Source: Octopus bimaculoides (Eukaryota). Taken from it: 64,000 nucleotides of DNA. Made by a program: the position numbers and the translations under genes. Each line of letters opens with the position of its first letter. Position 1 is the stretch's first letter. The notes below the pieces were generated by a model, which had not been told where the DNA came from, ran no database searches, and worked only from the letters and a program-made list of their open reading frames with translations. This document shows positions 12,445 to 25,055 of this stretch, in pieces. The stretch is from contig NC_068993.1 in NCBI RefSeq assembly GCF_001194135.2, positions 46,667,743 to 46,731,742 of the forward strand, in the 5' to 3' direction.

Positions 12445-12991
12445 TTATCGAGTGAGAGAGCAGTGCATGCCATCAAAGTGACACTGGGGTAAAATATACG
12501 AAGCCCAATATACCCATCATGACTACCCGTCTGATAAGGGTACACCAGGCACATGCATCACAACCATATGTGCGTGACATGGTGATCTCATATCAAGATA
12601 AACGGCACATGACCTCGCAGGTGGGGCCCAGTTAGAATTTTCTTCAGGTCGAGTAGCCCATCCCGCTCGAAAGGTCCCGGAATAAGGTTCGTTTAAGGAT
12701 GTTGAGCAAAACACCCATGTTTTCAAAGGTAAATTATTCAAACCCCAAAGAATTCCTCTCAACACATGGCTATGATGCTCCCCTACTACTTCTGCTCATG
12801 ATCAGAAATGCACATATTGTCAACCACCAAGGTACATGCTCAACTGGTTACGGTCAAACAACTGACAAGCAAATCTGTGGTATTGAGCAGAATATTTGCT
12901 GTAGCCCATCTTTTTATACCAAGACAAAACAATGTACATGATAACACTTCCAATCAATTAAGATAAGAAGTCATGAGAGCCACTGCCTGGT
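12445..12991 (-). mobile_element. About 550-bp dispersed repeat flanked by (AAT)n at both ends. Second copy at 51528-51990 (+), fragment at 22915-22975
   Basis: Long shared blocks between copies (gtcactttgatgg.atgcactgctctctcactc, aattctaactgg.gccccacctgc, aaatattctgctcaata). No tRNA head and no ORF seen. Confidence 0.8.
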
Positions 12992-13004
12992 TATTATTAT
13001 TATT

Positions 13005-13395
13005 GGGAGCTGGCAGAATTGTTGGCATGCCACACGAAATGCTTAGTAGCATTTCATCCAGCTTTACATTCTGAGTTCAAATTCTGCCGAGGTCAACTTT
13101 GCCTTTCATCCTTTCAGAATTGATAAATTAAGTACCAGTGAAACACTGGGGTCGATGTAATCAACTAGTCCCCTCCCCCAAAATTTCAGAAAGGATTATC
13201 ATTATTATTATTGCAATGAGCGGGCTGAATCATTAGGACATCAGGCAAAATGCTTAGCAGCATTTTGTCCATCCTTAAGTTCTGGGTTTAGCTTTGCCTG
13301 TCATCTTTTGGGGGTCAATAAAGTAAGTACCAGCTATACTCTGGGGTCAATGTAATCAGCTAACCTTGTGCCTTTAGTAGAAGGGATTATTATTA
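13005..13395 (+). mobile_element. Two tandem copies of SINE family C (AGCTGGCAGAAT.GTTAG head; TTTGCCTTTCATCCTTT..GG.CGATAAA.TAAGTACCAG central block; (ATT)n tail)
   Basis: Further copies at about 5693-5855, 9540-9680, 10130-10410, 22985-23065, 23270-23400, 53470-53570, 53900-54000, 60860-61000. Confidence 0.8.
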
Positions 13396-16300
13396 CTGAA
13401 AGTATTTTTGTTTCTTTTTTACCTTTGTTTTCTTTTGATTACTTGTTTGTGTTTTGTTTCCATCTTGTTTCATCTATATCTAATTTCCGTTCATTATTCC
13501 TCAATTTCCTCCCACATTTATTTGCTTTCAACTCTGCCAACAGTTCCTTGTCTCTGTGACCATTCCTGTTATTGGATCGCCAGTGGATGTCTGTGTGTAT
13601 ATGTTTTCGTTCATTGATTGTCTTAAATATTCTAACACAGATATAAGTCATTTGTACATTTGAATCTCTCGGTGTTGTGGTTCTTTAACGATCTTGATTG
13701 AACAGAATTATGATCAATGCCATATCAAGTGCGAGCATCCCATTTTTTTTCAAACTGTACAACTACATAATACAACTACATTACTTCATTGTATCTTACC
13801 TTGTTTAAAATTGTATGGTATAATTTAAGGGAGAAAGATTTGGCTTGTTTCCAACAGTTCAGCTGATCGCTTAGATTCCTTACTGGACTGTTGTTAAAGT
13901 CATAAATATTTTGAATAAACAGCAATCTTTACCATTCTGTAAAGCTACCCGCAAATAAAAACCTGGCATGCCGCTAATTTGCAGAGTGCTGAGGTGTAAT
14001 CCACACATATATATCCTTGTAATTACATCTCTGTCCATACAGTGTATGCTACAGTGTGCCATGAAGAATCATTTTGGGTACCTCCTGTGAGTGAATTTGG
14101 TTGATGGAAACTGTGTGGAAGCCCAACACATGTGTGGATCTTTGTGTCTGTTCTCCTCCACCACTTGACAACTGGTGTTGGGTTGTTTACATCCTTGTAT
14201 CTTAGTGGTTCAGCAACACTGATAGAATGAGTACCAGATATATACAAAAAAAAAAAAAAAAGAATTGGGGTTGATTTGTTTGACTAAACACTTCAAGGCA
14301 GTCCCCCCACCCCACCCCACATGGCTGCATTCTGATGACTGACTCAAATGAAAGATAAAAAATGATACTTTTAGATTCTGGTGGTGGTGGCCCATAGTTG
14401 CTATGGACAAAATGGGCTCAGATCACAACAGTGGTTTTGTATTCTATTCCACCATACCTTCAATAGATGTTTCTTGTCATAAATATGCATTGACTCAATA
14501 CATGTGAGTGAAACTGTGGAAGCATAGCTGAAGGCCTGTTTATATTGACAGTTAATAAATTTATTCTACCAATTAGTTTGAACACTTTCACTCTGTAATT
14601 GGATGTCTTCAGTAGCGGAAACTTTGTGGCAAGTGTTTGGGTCAGGTGTCTTGTGTGAAGTTAATGTTCTTGTTCGCTTTCACTTGTCTTGGAGGCCCTG
14701 AACACAGTCATTGATTGGGCAGGAGTGGATGTGTGGTTAAGCAGCTTGCTTCCCCAAAACCATGTAGCATTGAGTTCAGTCCCGCTGCATGGCACCTTGG
14801 GCAAGTGTGTTTTATGATAACCCTTGAATCTCAGGCAGGCCAAAGCCTTGTGAGTTGATTTGGTAGACAGAAACTGAATGAAGCCTGTTGTGTGTGTGTG
14901 CATTTGTGTTTGTCCCCTGCCACCACTTGACAACCAGTGTTGATTTGATTACATCCCTGTAACTTAGTAGTTTGGCAAAAGAGACCGATAGACTTAAGTA
15001 CTAGGTTTTAAGAGAAAAAAAACAAAACAAAAACCAAATGAAGTACTTGGGTTGATTTGTTCGACATAACCCTTCAAGGGCTGAGGTGGTGCCCCAGCAT
15101 GGCTGCAGTCTAATAACTGAAACAAGTAAAATATAAAAAAAAAATATTGCTTACTGGATCATAAAGAAAAAACGTATTGTACATGCATGTGTGTGAGTGT
15201 GTTGTGAGATATCTGTTTTTCCACTCTAGTGCTAATGGGGTGGGTGTTTTGGTGCAAGTGTTTATATTTAAATATTTTGTCAGTACAAATATTTTTGCAG
15301 ATTTACTATCCTGTTTAATAAATAGTATTTACTCAACACTGGCTGTGCTTCCTTCTACAAACTTGTTGAACCATGAAATAATAATAACCTAGTGCAACAT
15401 TTTGACTGTATAGTCAGTATTCTAAATACAATATAAAGATGTTTCACAAGGTGATGTGTGGTAATATTTTGCTAGGGGTGTGGATTACATTAGAACTGGG
15501 CCGAAGTAAGACGTGCATTAAACTTTCAATAATGTTTTAATCAAAACTTCTTTTGAAAGCACGCACGCACGCACGCACGCGCGCGCGCGAAGGCATGGCT
15601 GTGTGGTAAGAAATTTGCTTCCATACTACATGGTTCCGGGTTCAGTCCCACTGCGTGGCATTTTGAGCAAGTGTCTTTTACTATGGCCTCGAGCTGACCA
15701 ATGCATTGTGAGTGGATTTAGTATTTACTGAAACTTGCCAGGAATGGGACCAAAACATAACAAAACGAGATGGGCTCGTGACGGGACCGTTAGTGGACGG
15801 ACGAGGGACAAAATAATAAACAGAATAAAGGCTTAGGGCCAGACAAAGAAAACAATTAATAATTATAATTATACATATATAACAAAAAAAAAAGCCTTGG
15901 GGCTGCATGACAAGACANNNNNNNNNNNNNNNNNNNNNNNNNNNNNNNNNNNNNNNNNNNNNNNNNNNNNNNNNNNNNNNNNNNNNNNNNNNNNNNNNNN
16001 NNNNNNNNNNNNNNNNNNNNNNNNNNNNNNNNNNNNNNNNNNNNNNNNNNNNNNNNNNNNNNNNNNNNNNNNNNNNNNNNNNNNNNNNNNNNNNNNNNNN
16101 NNNNNNNNNNNNNNNNNNNNNNNNNNNNNNNNNNNNNNNNNNNNNNNNNNNNNNNNNNNNNNNNNNNNNNNNNNNNNNNNNNNNNNNNNNNNNNNNNNNN
16201 NNNNNNNNNNNNNNNNNNNNNNNNNNNNNNNNNNNNNNNNNNNNNNNNNNNNNNNNNNNNNNNNNNNNNNNNNNNNNNNNNNNNNNNNNNNNNNNNNNNN

Positions 16301-16922
16301 NNNNNNNNNNNNNNNNNNNNNNNNNNNNNNNNNNNNNNNNNNNNNNNNNNNNNNNNNNNNNNNNNNNNNNNNNNNNNNNNNNNNNNNNNNNNNNNNNNNN
16401 NNNNNNNNNNNNNNNNNNNNNNNNNNNNNNNNNNNNNNNNNNNNNNNNNNNNNNNNNNNNNNNNNNNNNNNNNNNNNNNNNNNNNNNNNNNNNNNNNNNN
16501 NNNNNNNNNNNNNNNNNNNNNNNNNNNNNNNNNNNNNNNNNNNNNNNNNNNNNNNNNNNNNNNNNNNNNNNNNNNNNNNNNNNNNNNNNNNNNNNNNNNN
16601 NNNNNNNNNNNNNAAAAAGAAAAAAGGGACCGATAGAGTAAGTACCGAGATTTAAAAATACAAAATAAGTACAAGGTTGATTCATTCACCCAAAAGACAT
16701 TCTTTAAGGCAATGCCCCAGCGTGGCCACAGTCTCATTACTGAGACAAGTAAAAGATAAAAGATAAGTGCAGGAGTGGCTGTGTGGTAAGTAGCTTCAGT
16801 TCCACTGCGTGGCACCTTGGGTAGGTGTCTTCTGCTATAGCCTCGGGCCGACCAAAGCTTTGTGAGTGGATTTGGTAGAGAGAAACTGAAAGAAGCCCGT
16901 CATATATATATATATATATATA

Positions 16923-18050
16923 TGTAGTGACACTAACACCTCGATTGCCATTACATACAAAACTACCTATCGCCATTACATACAATCTTCTCATTTAAAT
17001 ATAAACAAACGCGAGCGTAGCGGAGAACCCATTCCTTGTCATCACGTGACTGATTATTATTTGAATCGGCAACTTCTTCGAACCGTTCCCGCCAGAACGC
17101 AAACTGACCAATCACAGCCCCTAATAAGGTCACGTGATAGAGTATTTTTCTGAAGCCTGGTGAGCTGATAATTCGCTATAAATAGACCGACATTATACCC
17201 AGCAAATTTGTCTCGGTTCAGTTTCTCTTTGAGATCTGTTCCGTGTACCACACGACAGCAGCGGCAGTTCCAGCGACACATCAACAGCTTCGTCCAACGA
17301 TGACCGCCCACCGCCTTCGCCACATCAGCAACACGAGTCTACGACTACTGACCAGCATCATCGTCATGACCAACACGATTACTACTAACCAGCATCAATC
17401 TCCACCAGCGTCTACACGACTTACTATGTACACCAAACTAAACCACCGTGGCACATCTTTCTCTTCGATTCTGTTAGGTGACTCAGCTTCACCACGATAA
17501 NNNNNNNNNNNNNNNNNNNNNNNNNNNNNNNNNNNNNNNNNNNNNNNNNNNNNNNNNNNNNNNNNNNNNNNNNNNNNNNNNNNNNNNNNNNNNNNNNNNN
17601 NNNNNNNNNNNNNNNNNNNNNNNNNNNNNNNNNNNNNNNNNNNNNNNNNNNNNNNNNNNNNNNNNNNNNNNNNNNNNNNNNNNNNNNNNNNNNNNNNNNN
17701 NNNNNNNNNNNNNNNNNNNNNNNNNNNNNNNNNNNNNNNNNNNNNNNNNNNNNNNNNNNNNNNNNNNNNNNNNNNNNNNNNNNNNNNNNNNNNNNNNNNN
17801 NNNNNNNNNNNNNNNNNNNNNNNNNNNNNNNNNNNNNNNNNNNNNNNNNNNNNNNNNNNNNNNNNNNNNNNNNNNNNNNNNNNNNNNNNNNNNNNNNNNN
17901 NNNNNNNNNNNNNNNNNNNNNNNNNNNNNNNNNNNNNNNNNNNNNNNNNNNNNNNTGTTCGACCGTGTGACACGTTTAAATAAAAGGAGTCCTCTGTTTT
18001 TCCATTTGTCCCCATTTCTCCTTTTTTGAGTTCGCACGGTCGTCCTTACA
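16923..18050 (+). mobile_element. Solo-LTR-like element (TGTA...TACA) inserted in a (TA)n tract of a SINE; contains an assembly gap
   Basis: Begins TGTAGTGAC, ends GTCCTTACA, TATA on both flanks. CpG-rich interior with TATA box at 17177 and AATAAA at 17979, about 70 nt before the end. Confidence 0.65.
17042..17184 (+). promoter_or_regulatory. Compact Pol II promoter: two TCACGTGA E-boxes, CCAAT box, TATA box
   Basis: TCACGTGA at 17042-17049 and 17130-17137, CCAAT at 17108-17112, TATAAATA at 17177-17184. Confidence 0.6.
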
Positions 18051-18098
18051 TATATATATATATAATATCAAAATAAGCAACAAGGATATCCAAAGTTA

Positions 18099-18188
18099 AT
18101 ACAGTACGATCGTTTCATGCGACTCCATTTATTTAAGCAATGTGAACATTACATTAACTGTAAAATGCAGAACAATCCTCAGCTGCAC
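18099..18188 (-). ncRNA. Hammerhead ribozyme-like motif, second family (type I, palindromic stem III)
   Basis: Minus strand: GTGCAG-CTGAGGA-(59 nt)-GAAAC-GATC-GTA-CTGTAT. Stem I GTGCAG/CTGTAT pairs over 6 bp (two G-U). Stem II is weak. Confidence 0.5.
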
Positions 18189-19465
18189 AAAGATACAGAA
18201 ATTTACTGAAATTTCATTTCAACAGAAGGACATATTTTTGTAACTACATTTAAACTCTCCAAGTAGAAAGGAAGAATACAATAAACCATTTTGACTTAGC
18301 CAATCCACAGGAAGCTTGCTTCCCAGACCAGGCTGTGTGTTGTTCTTGAGCAAGGCACTTTCTTTCATGTTGCTCCAGTTCACTCAGGTGTGGAAATGAG
18401 TTTCGACCTCATTGGTGCCATGCTGTATCGGCCTTTATCTTTCCCTTGGATAACATCAGTGATGTAGAGAGAGAGGAGGCTGGTATGCATGGGCGACTGC
18501 TGGTCTTCCATAAGCAACCTTGCTCAGTGGGGAACTTTCTAGGTGCAATTCCATGATCATTTATGATCAAAGGGTGTCTTCATACACACACTCACTTTAT
18601 AATTTGTTAATTTGTTCACGGTGGGACACATGTTTTTTTTCCGGTGGTGGGATAGGAAAATCAAAGTAGAGTGTGGCACAGAAATAGTTGAGAAACACTG
18701 CCCTGTACAAAAGATATTGCTACTTAATGCCATGATATTACATTCCTACCACTGATATCTTTCTAACTTTGACTAGTTACTGTGGTATCATTTCAGTTAC
18801 TATTGTATGCATGATATTGTGGCGTTATCTCAGGTTTTGCCTACTTTCTTATGTCAGTAGATAACAAATAATCTATTGTAATAGCTTTTTTGCTATAGTT
18901 ATTGTTGTCTTGGTTGTTACTTGATCAGATGATATGATGGTAACATTGTCTCACCTGTCACGATGATATAGTCATAATATAAACCCAACTGGCTCTGAAT
19001 ACCATCATAGAGGCTACATGCTGAATACATCTCTGTCTTACAATATACTAATGCCAAGTTGGCTGGTTGGCTGGCTTGTGCTCTGGTTGGTTTGTAGGTG
19101 GCAGTGTACTTGAGTTGGTTCTTGACTTTCATATAATGCAACTTGGGTGCACATATACATGCATGAATGTTTATGTGCATACACATTCACATTCTTTTAT
19201 TTGCATACATGCACATCTATACATATGTGCAAATGTTTGCACATGTATGTAGGTATCAGATGCTATACATATGTGTGTGTGACACATCATATCTATATCT
19301 GTGTGTGTATATGTATATGTGTATGTATGTATGTACACACACATATATTCACATGTGCAAATGTTTGTACATGTGTAAAAATGTCAAATGTTATATGTAT
19401 CTGTATGTTGCCTAAGTGTGCGTGCGCATTGTGTGTGTATGTGTTTGTTACCTGAATGTGTGTCT

Positions 19466-19578
<113 letters not shown>

Positions 19579-20222
19579 TAAAATGCTTATCTGAAGGCTT
19601 TTTCTGCTAGATTTTCTTTCCTGTTTGTCTGTGTGTCTGTCAGACATTCTTACTCTTATCTTTGCTTTCATACAAACAGGATGGCCACATATTTCTTTTG
19701 ATTTACTACTACTACTACTACTACTTATTGTTGTCTTTGATATAACTTCCTTCATTCTCTCTTTTCATTACTTCAGGATAACTTTCTTTATAAGTTTATT
19801 TAATGTGTGCGCGTGCACGCGTGATAGCTGTCCACTTGTGTCTGTCCAGTCAGCCAGACTAGTAATATTAAAACGTGACGCTTGCTTACTTGTATATACG
19901 TATGCGTTTGTTATACACACACACTTTCTTGTGTCAGTGTGTGTCATCATCAGTCATCATCAGTCATCATCAGTCATCATCATTCAACGTCTACTTTTCC
20001 ATGCTTGCATGGGTCAGACAGAATTTGCTGAGGCAGATTTTCTATCATTGGGTACCTTTCCTGTCACCGACCCTCACCAGTTTCCAAGCAAGGTAATATG
20101 AAATAGGCATTTAATTCCTGGAACAACCTTGTTTGTATGATGATACTCATTTACAGGCACCAAATGATGCCTAGACAAGGGTATACACAAAACACACATG
20201 CACCAATTTGTATGTATACATG

Positions 20223-20261
<39 letters not shown>

Positions 20262-20666
20262 ATGTATATGCACACACACATGCACAAGAGGCTTCTTTCA
20301 GTTTCCATCTATCAAATCCACTCAAGGCTTTGATTAGCCTGGGACTATTGTGGAAGACACTTTCCTCTTTTTATGGAGACAAAAGGGTTTATAGGACCTC
20401 AAAAAAGAAGTGCTCTAATGAAATTGAGACAGAGACAAAAAAACAATGATTAGAGAAAAAACATCAAATTTAAGTCAACAACTTTATATAACATCACACT
20501 TCCATACATTTGATCAAATATAAACATTACCATGGCCTTCAGTATGTAAAAGGAATACATATATAAACGCACAGAAGGTAAAAAATATATATGCACATAA
20601 AAATACAAAATACATAGAATGACCTATCAAGGAAAGGTATATACTGTGCTAAGGTTTTAAAGGTGT

Positions 20667-20826
20667 AGGAGTGGCTGAGTGGTAAGTAGCTTGCTTACCA
20701 ACCACATGGTTCCGGGATCAGTCCCACTGCGTGACACCTTGGGCAAGTGTCTTCTACTATAGCCTTGGGTCGACCAAAGCCTTGTGAGTGGATTTGGTAG
20801 ACGGAAACTGAAAGAAACCCGTCGTA

Positions 20827-20881
<55 letters not shown>

Positions 20882-21078
20882 GTGTGTGTATATGTTTGTG
20901 TGTCTGTGTTTGTCTTCCCAACATCACTTGACAACCGATGCTGGTGTGTTTACGTCACTGTAACTTAGTGGTTCGGCAAAAGAGACCGATAGAATAAGTA
21001 CAAGGCTTAGAAAGAATAAGTCCTGGGATTGATTTGCTTGATTAAAGGCGGTGCTCCAGCAAGGCCAAAGTTAAATGA
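20667..21078 (+). mobile_element. SINE family A (tRNA-like head, CCTTGGGCAAGTG core-like block, internal (TA)n/(TG)n, CR1-like 3' tail); full-length example
   Basis: Same consensus recurs at about 14715-15140, 15593-15720, 16770-16900, 24850-25010, 25140-25452, 29993-30272, 46941-47295, 49470-49610, 62440-62655 (+) and 25725-26147, 30616-31000, 31150-31400, 54050-54460, 61905-62150 (-). Resembles octopus OR/OK-type tRNA SINEs from memory, unverified. Confidence 0.85.
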
Positions 21079-21627
21079 CAATCAACTAAAATAAGTAATC
21101 AAAATGAATTACTAAAGTGCATCAAGTTACTAAAAATTTAAAAAAATATCAATTGACTAAAATAAGTTTTTACTCCCCTCAACTAAAAATATGTCAGAAT
21201 AGTTCTTTTCATGAAAACCATGGTAGGTTGAAGTCCAAGGAGTGTACGAGAGTTCCACGAAATCAATTCATATGTTTGTATGTGTGTCTGTTGGTATCTG
21301 TATATATCCTTGTCATTATATTGCATAGTAGTTGTAAACATGCAACACCATCATACAAATGATGTCATTGGTTTCCAGTCTTCCACATCTGAATATGGCC
21401 ATGTATGTGCAAGATATATATATGTGTGTGTTAGTGAGGGAGAGAGAGGGGTGAAAGGAAGAGACAAGCTGGCAGGTAGGCAGATATTGATCTGGCCATG
21501 GGAAATATTTACCTTGCTTGAAAAAAAGATAAGAGTTGGCAGCAGGAAGAGCATCTGGCCATAAAAGATCTGTCCCAACAAATTGTCTGACCCATGCGTC
21601 AGACAAAATTTGTAGACAAAATTACAG

Positions 21628-21675
<48 letters not shown>

Positions 21676-22646
21676 TTTATGCAAATGTTATGGTTTGTCA
21701 TCATATTTAATAACAAATACAAACACTGGGGCTTGGTGCAGCCCTCTGTCTCATCTGTTCAACCCATGCTTGTATGGAAAAAGGGGTGTTAAATAGTGAT
21801 TTATGATGATACTGCTAGGCGTGTATATAACATTATCAATTAATGATAGTCTTTTCCACTAAAATCAGTGCAATATAATTTAAGCAAACAACAATTACAA
21901 ATTCTGTCAAGAATGTTTGTTTGGTATGTCTGATGTATTCTATTTATTTATTTATTTATTTATTTTACTACTAGTTTCAGTCATCTCAAGGGTTGGGTCC
22001 ACCTGGGATTAGGACACTATCTTCAGGGGTTTTGCCTATCCTAATGGTCCAAGTACTTACACCCGTCTCGTTCTTATTTTATCAATGAATATTTGTTGAA
22101 CCGCTAAGTTATGGCTTATGGAGGAATGCAATATAAATTTGCATTCCTTCATGAGCCATAGCTTAGTGGTTCAAGAAATATTAATTGATAAAATAAGATG
22201 ATCTTCTGCTGTTTCTGTGTATTAAGCTCTACTGACAAAATACTGGCTCAACCCAAGACTTGCTTCAGGTGCCATGCAGTGGTGAATCTCTCTCTTTGTC
22301 TGATTCACTCCTGCATATTCACAGATTAATGCCTGCCTTCTTATCCATCTACCATTCTGCCTGCTTGTCTGTCTATCTCTGGTTCATTTGCTCCCCCCTT
22401 CACCACCAACAGATTAGACTCTTTCTGTCTGTCTATCTGTCATTATCTCTCTGTCTTTCCTACCCTTTCTCTCTTAGTTCACAAGTCACATATGGATGGT
22501 GTCAAGGAGACTGACCCACACAGGGAACAAAAATGAATGAATGAAAGCAAATGAAACTATTACTACCATAATTAAAATTGCTGCATGCCGATTGGTCAAT
22601 TCTCAGATTCTTGCTCCAATCAGTATACTAGCACACATCTGACACA

Positions 22647-22681
<35 letters not shown>

Positions 22682-24148
22682 TTTCTGTCTGTCTTTGTTA
22701 TTCTTATTCTCTCTCCCTGCTTTTAGTACACATTCATATATAGGCATGAATATACAGGCACATACTTATGCATACATATATGCACAAGTCAATACACAAT
22801 GACACACACTTATATACCTACACAAATAGATACCCCCACACATATTTATATATAAATATATATCAATAGATGTACTCTTCCTTATTTCATTCCACCTCAT
22901 GTCATGCCACAGCATGAGAGAGCAGTGCATTCCATCAAAGTGACACTGGGGTACACATATATGAAGCCCAATACATTATTCAAGTGGTGAGCTGGCAGAG
23001 TCGTTAGCACATTAAAATAAGTACCAGTCAAGCTGTTCAGGCCTTGTGCCTATAGTAGAAAGAATTTTTTATTAGAGTGTGTGACAAAGTTCCTTGCAAC
23101 ATCTTTACATTTTAGGATCTTTACATCCTGGGTCGATTAAATAAATACTAGTATAATATCAGGATCAATTTAATCAATTAACCCTTCCCACTCATATCTC
23201 TGACTTTGTGTCTCTGTTAGAGCTTCAGACAAAATTCTTTGTGAAATTTGATCTGGAATTGGAACTTCACATTCTAAGTTCAGATCTTGCCCAGATCAAC
23301 TTTGCCTTTGATTCTTTTAGGGTGGATAAAACTTTTGTTTAGTACTGGGGTTGGTGTAATTGACCAAGTCCACCCTACATTGATCTTATGTCTGTGTAAG
23401 AAATGATACTGCCGAGGTGGTACAAGACAGATTGGTAGAGGGTGGGGCAGGGCGGTTCATCATCAGTGAGCCATCAACATCATCAATGACATCATTATTG
23501 TCATCTCTACAATGAACCTCATTATCACTAACATCAACATTATCGACATTGTGGCCAATGTCAACATTATCCTGGTCATGATCGACATTATTATTTCCTA
23601 TATCAGCATTATCATAGTAGCATCAAATATTCAATTATTATTATTAGCATCATTATCATTGCCATCTTCATCATCGTCTATGAAATGTTGTTTACATCAT
23701 TTGTTCAGTTTTAAGATGTTAAAACAAATGTTAAGACAAATCAGAAACGTTGGCAAGAATTTGCTTGCAGTAGATATATTTATTGGAGAGATTCCAGCTG
23801 CTCTATTCTTGTATTTCATACCACAGACTGACAGACAGACAGATAACCACAGACAGAGATACCTATGGCATGTGTATACAGGTAGAAAATGTAGTAAACA
23901 GCCCCACATCTACCTGTTTCTTCCTTCAGGTTCCCCATCTCCCTCTGTTATTGGGATAGTGGTGGTGCTGGTGGTCAGTGATGTTTTTTGTGGCTGGGTC
24001 ATTGTGTCTGACTCCCTTTATCCTTGATAGGTGACCAGCCAGAATGACTACAACAGAATATGGTAATGTAGTGGTAGAGGTGGGTAGAAAGAGATAAAAA
24101 TAGAAGTAGGGGAGGGGTGAAAGGAGGAGGAGGAGGAACTCTGTGTGT

Positions 24149-24193
<45 letters not shown>

Positions 24194-24713
24194 AAAAGTG
24201 GAGAGAACTGATCTGAAGTAGGAAAGTAAACAATGACATGCTAATATATACATAAACTCATGAAGAGCAGAGAAAAGCACTACATATACATACATATACT
24301 TGTGTGTGTGTGTGTATATATTTATATACGTATATATGTGTGTGTGTGTAAATTTGTGTGTATATATTTATATGCATATATTTGTGTGTATATGCGTGTA
24401 TGTAAAGCTTTTCTTAGAATTTTTTCCAGTGTTTACCAATCAAATATTCTGTTCTGCTCTGTTTTTGAAGAATATTGTTGCTGTTATTTAACCCCAGGTC
24501 AATCTTAACTGAGAACACCTGATCAATCCATGTTCCAGTCAATTGTTTTTACCTATTTCATTGCCCAATGCGTCTTTTCTGTTTTAAAACAGTAGAGTGC
24601 AACATCACCCAGATTTAGCAGCTATTTTCTCATTGTATATCATCTGTTCTGGTTCATAACTAAAAAGGCAGTATTGATAACTGCTCTCCACATTCATACA
24701 TTAGCTTTTCTGT

Positions 24714-24751
<38 letters not shown>

Positions 24752-25005
24752 GGTGGTGGTGGTAGTAGTAGCAGCAGCCAGGTCTATTATCTTTAAAAAA
24801 TGCCAGAGAAAGATGGGCAACCTGAGTAGTTATTTTATATATCTCAGGTGCAGATATGGCTGTGTGGTTAGGAAATTTGCTTCCCTAATCACATGGTTTC
24901 AGGTTCACATGGCACCTTGAGAAGTGTCTTCTACTTAAGCTCCATGCTGGCCAAAGCCTTTTTTGACTGGATTTCGTAGATGGAAACTGAAAGAAGCCTG
25001 TCATA

Positions 25006-25055
<50 letters not shown>

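Noticed and set aside
15725-15917. CpG-rich segment interrupting a SINE as a promoter
   Set aside because: It resembles the minus-strand 3' UTR of the Tx1-like LINE at 50.8 kb (shared AAGAAAACAATTAATAAT) and runs into a gap, so it cannot be resolved.
17243-17500. Thr/His-rich ORF after the TATA box
   Set aside because: Low complexity, non-ATG start, no recognisable domain; more consistent with LTR R/U5 sequence.
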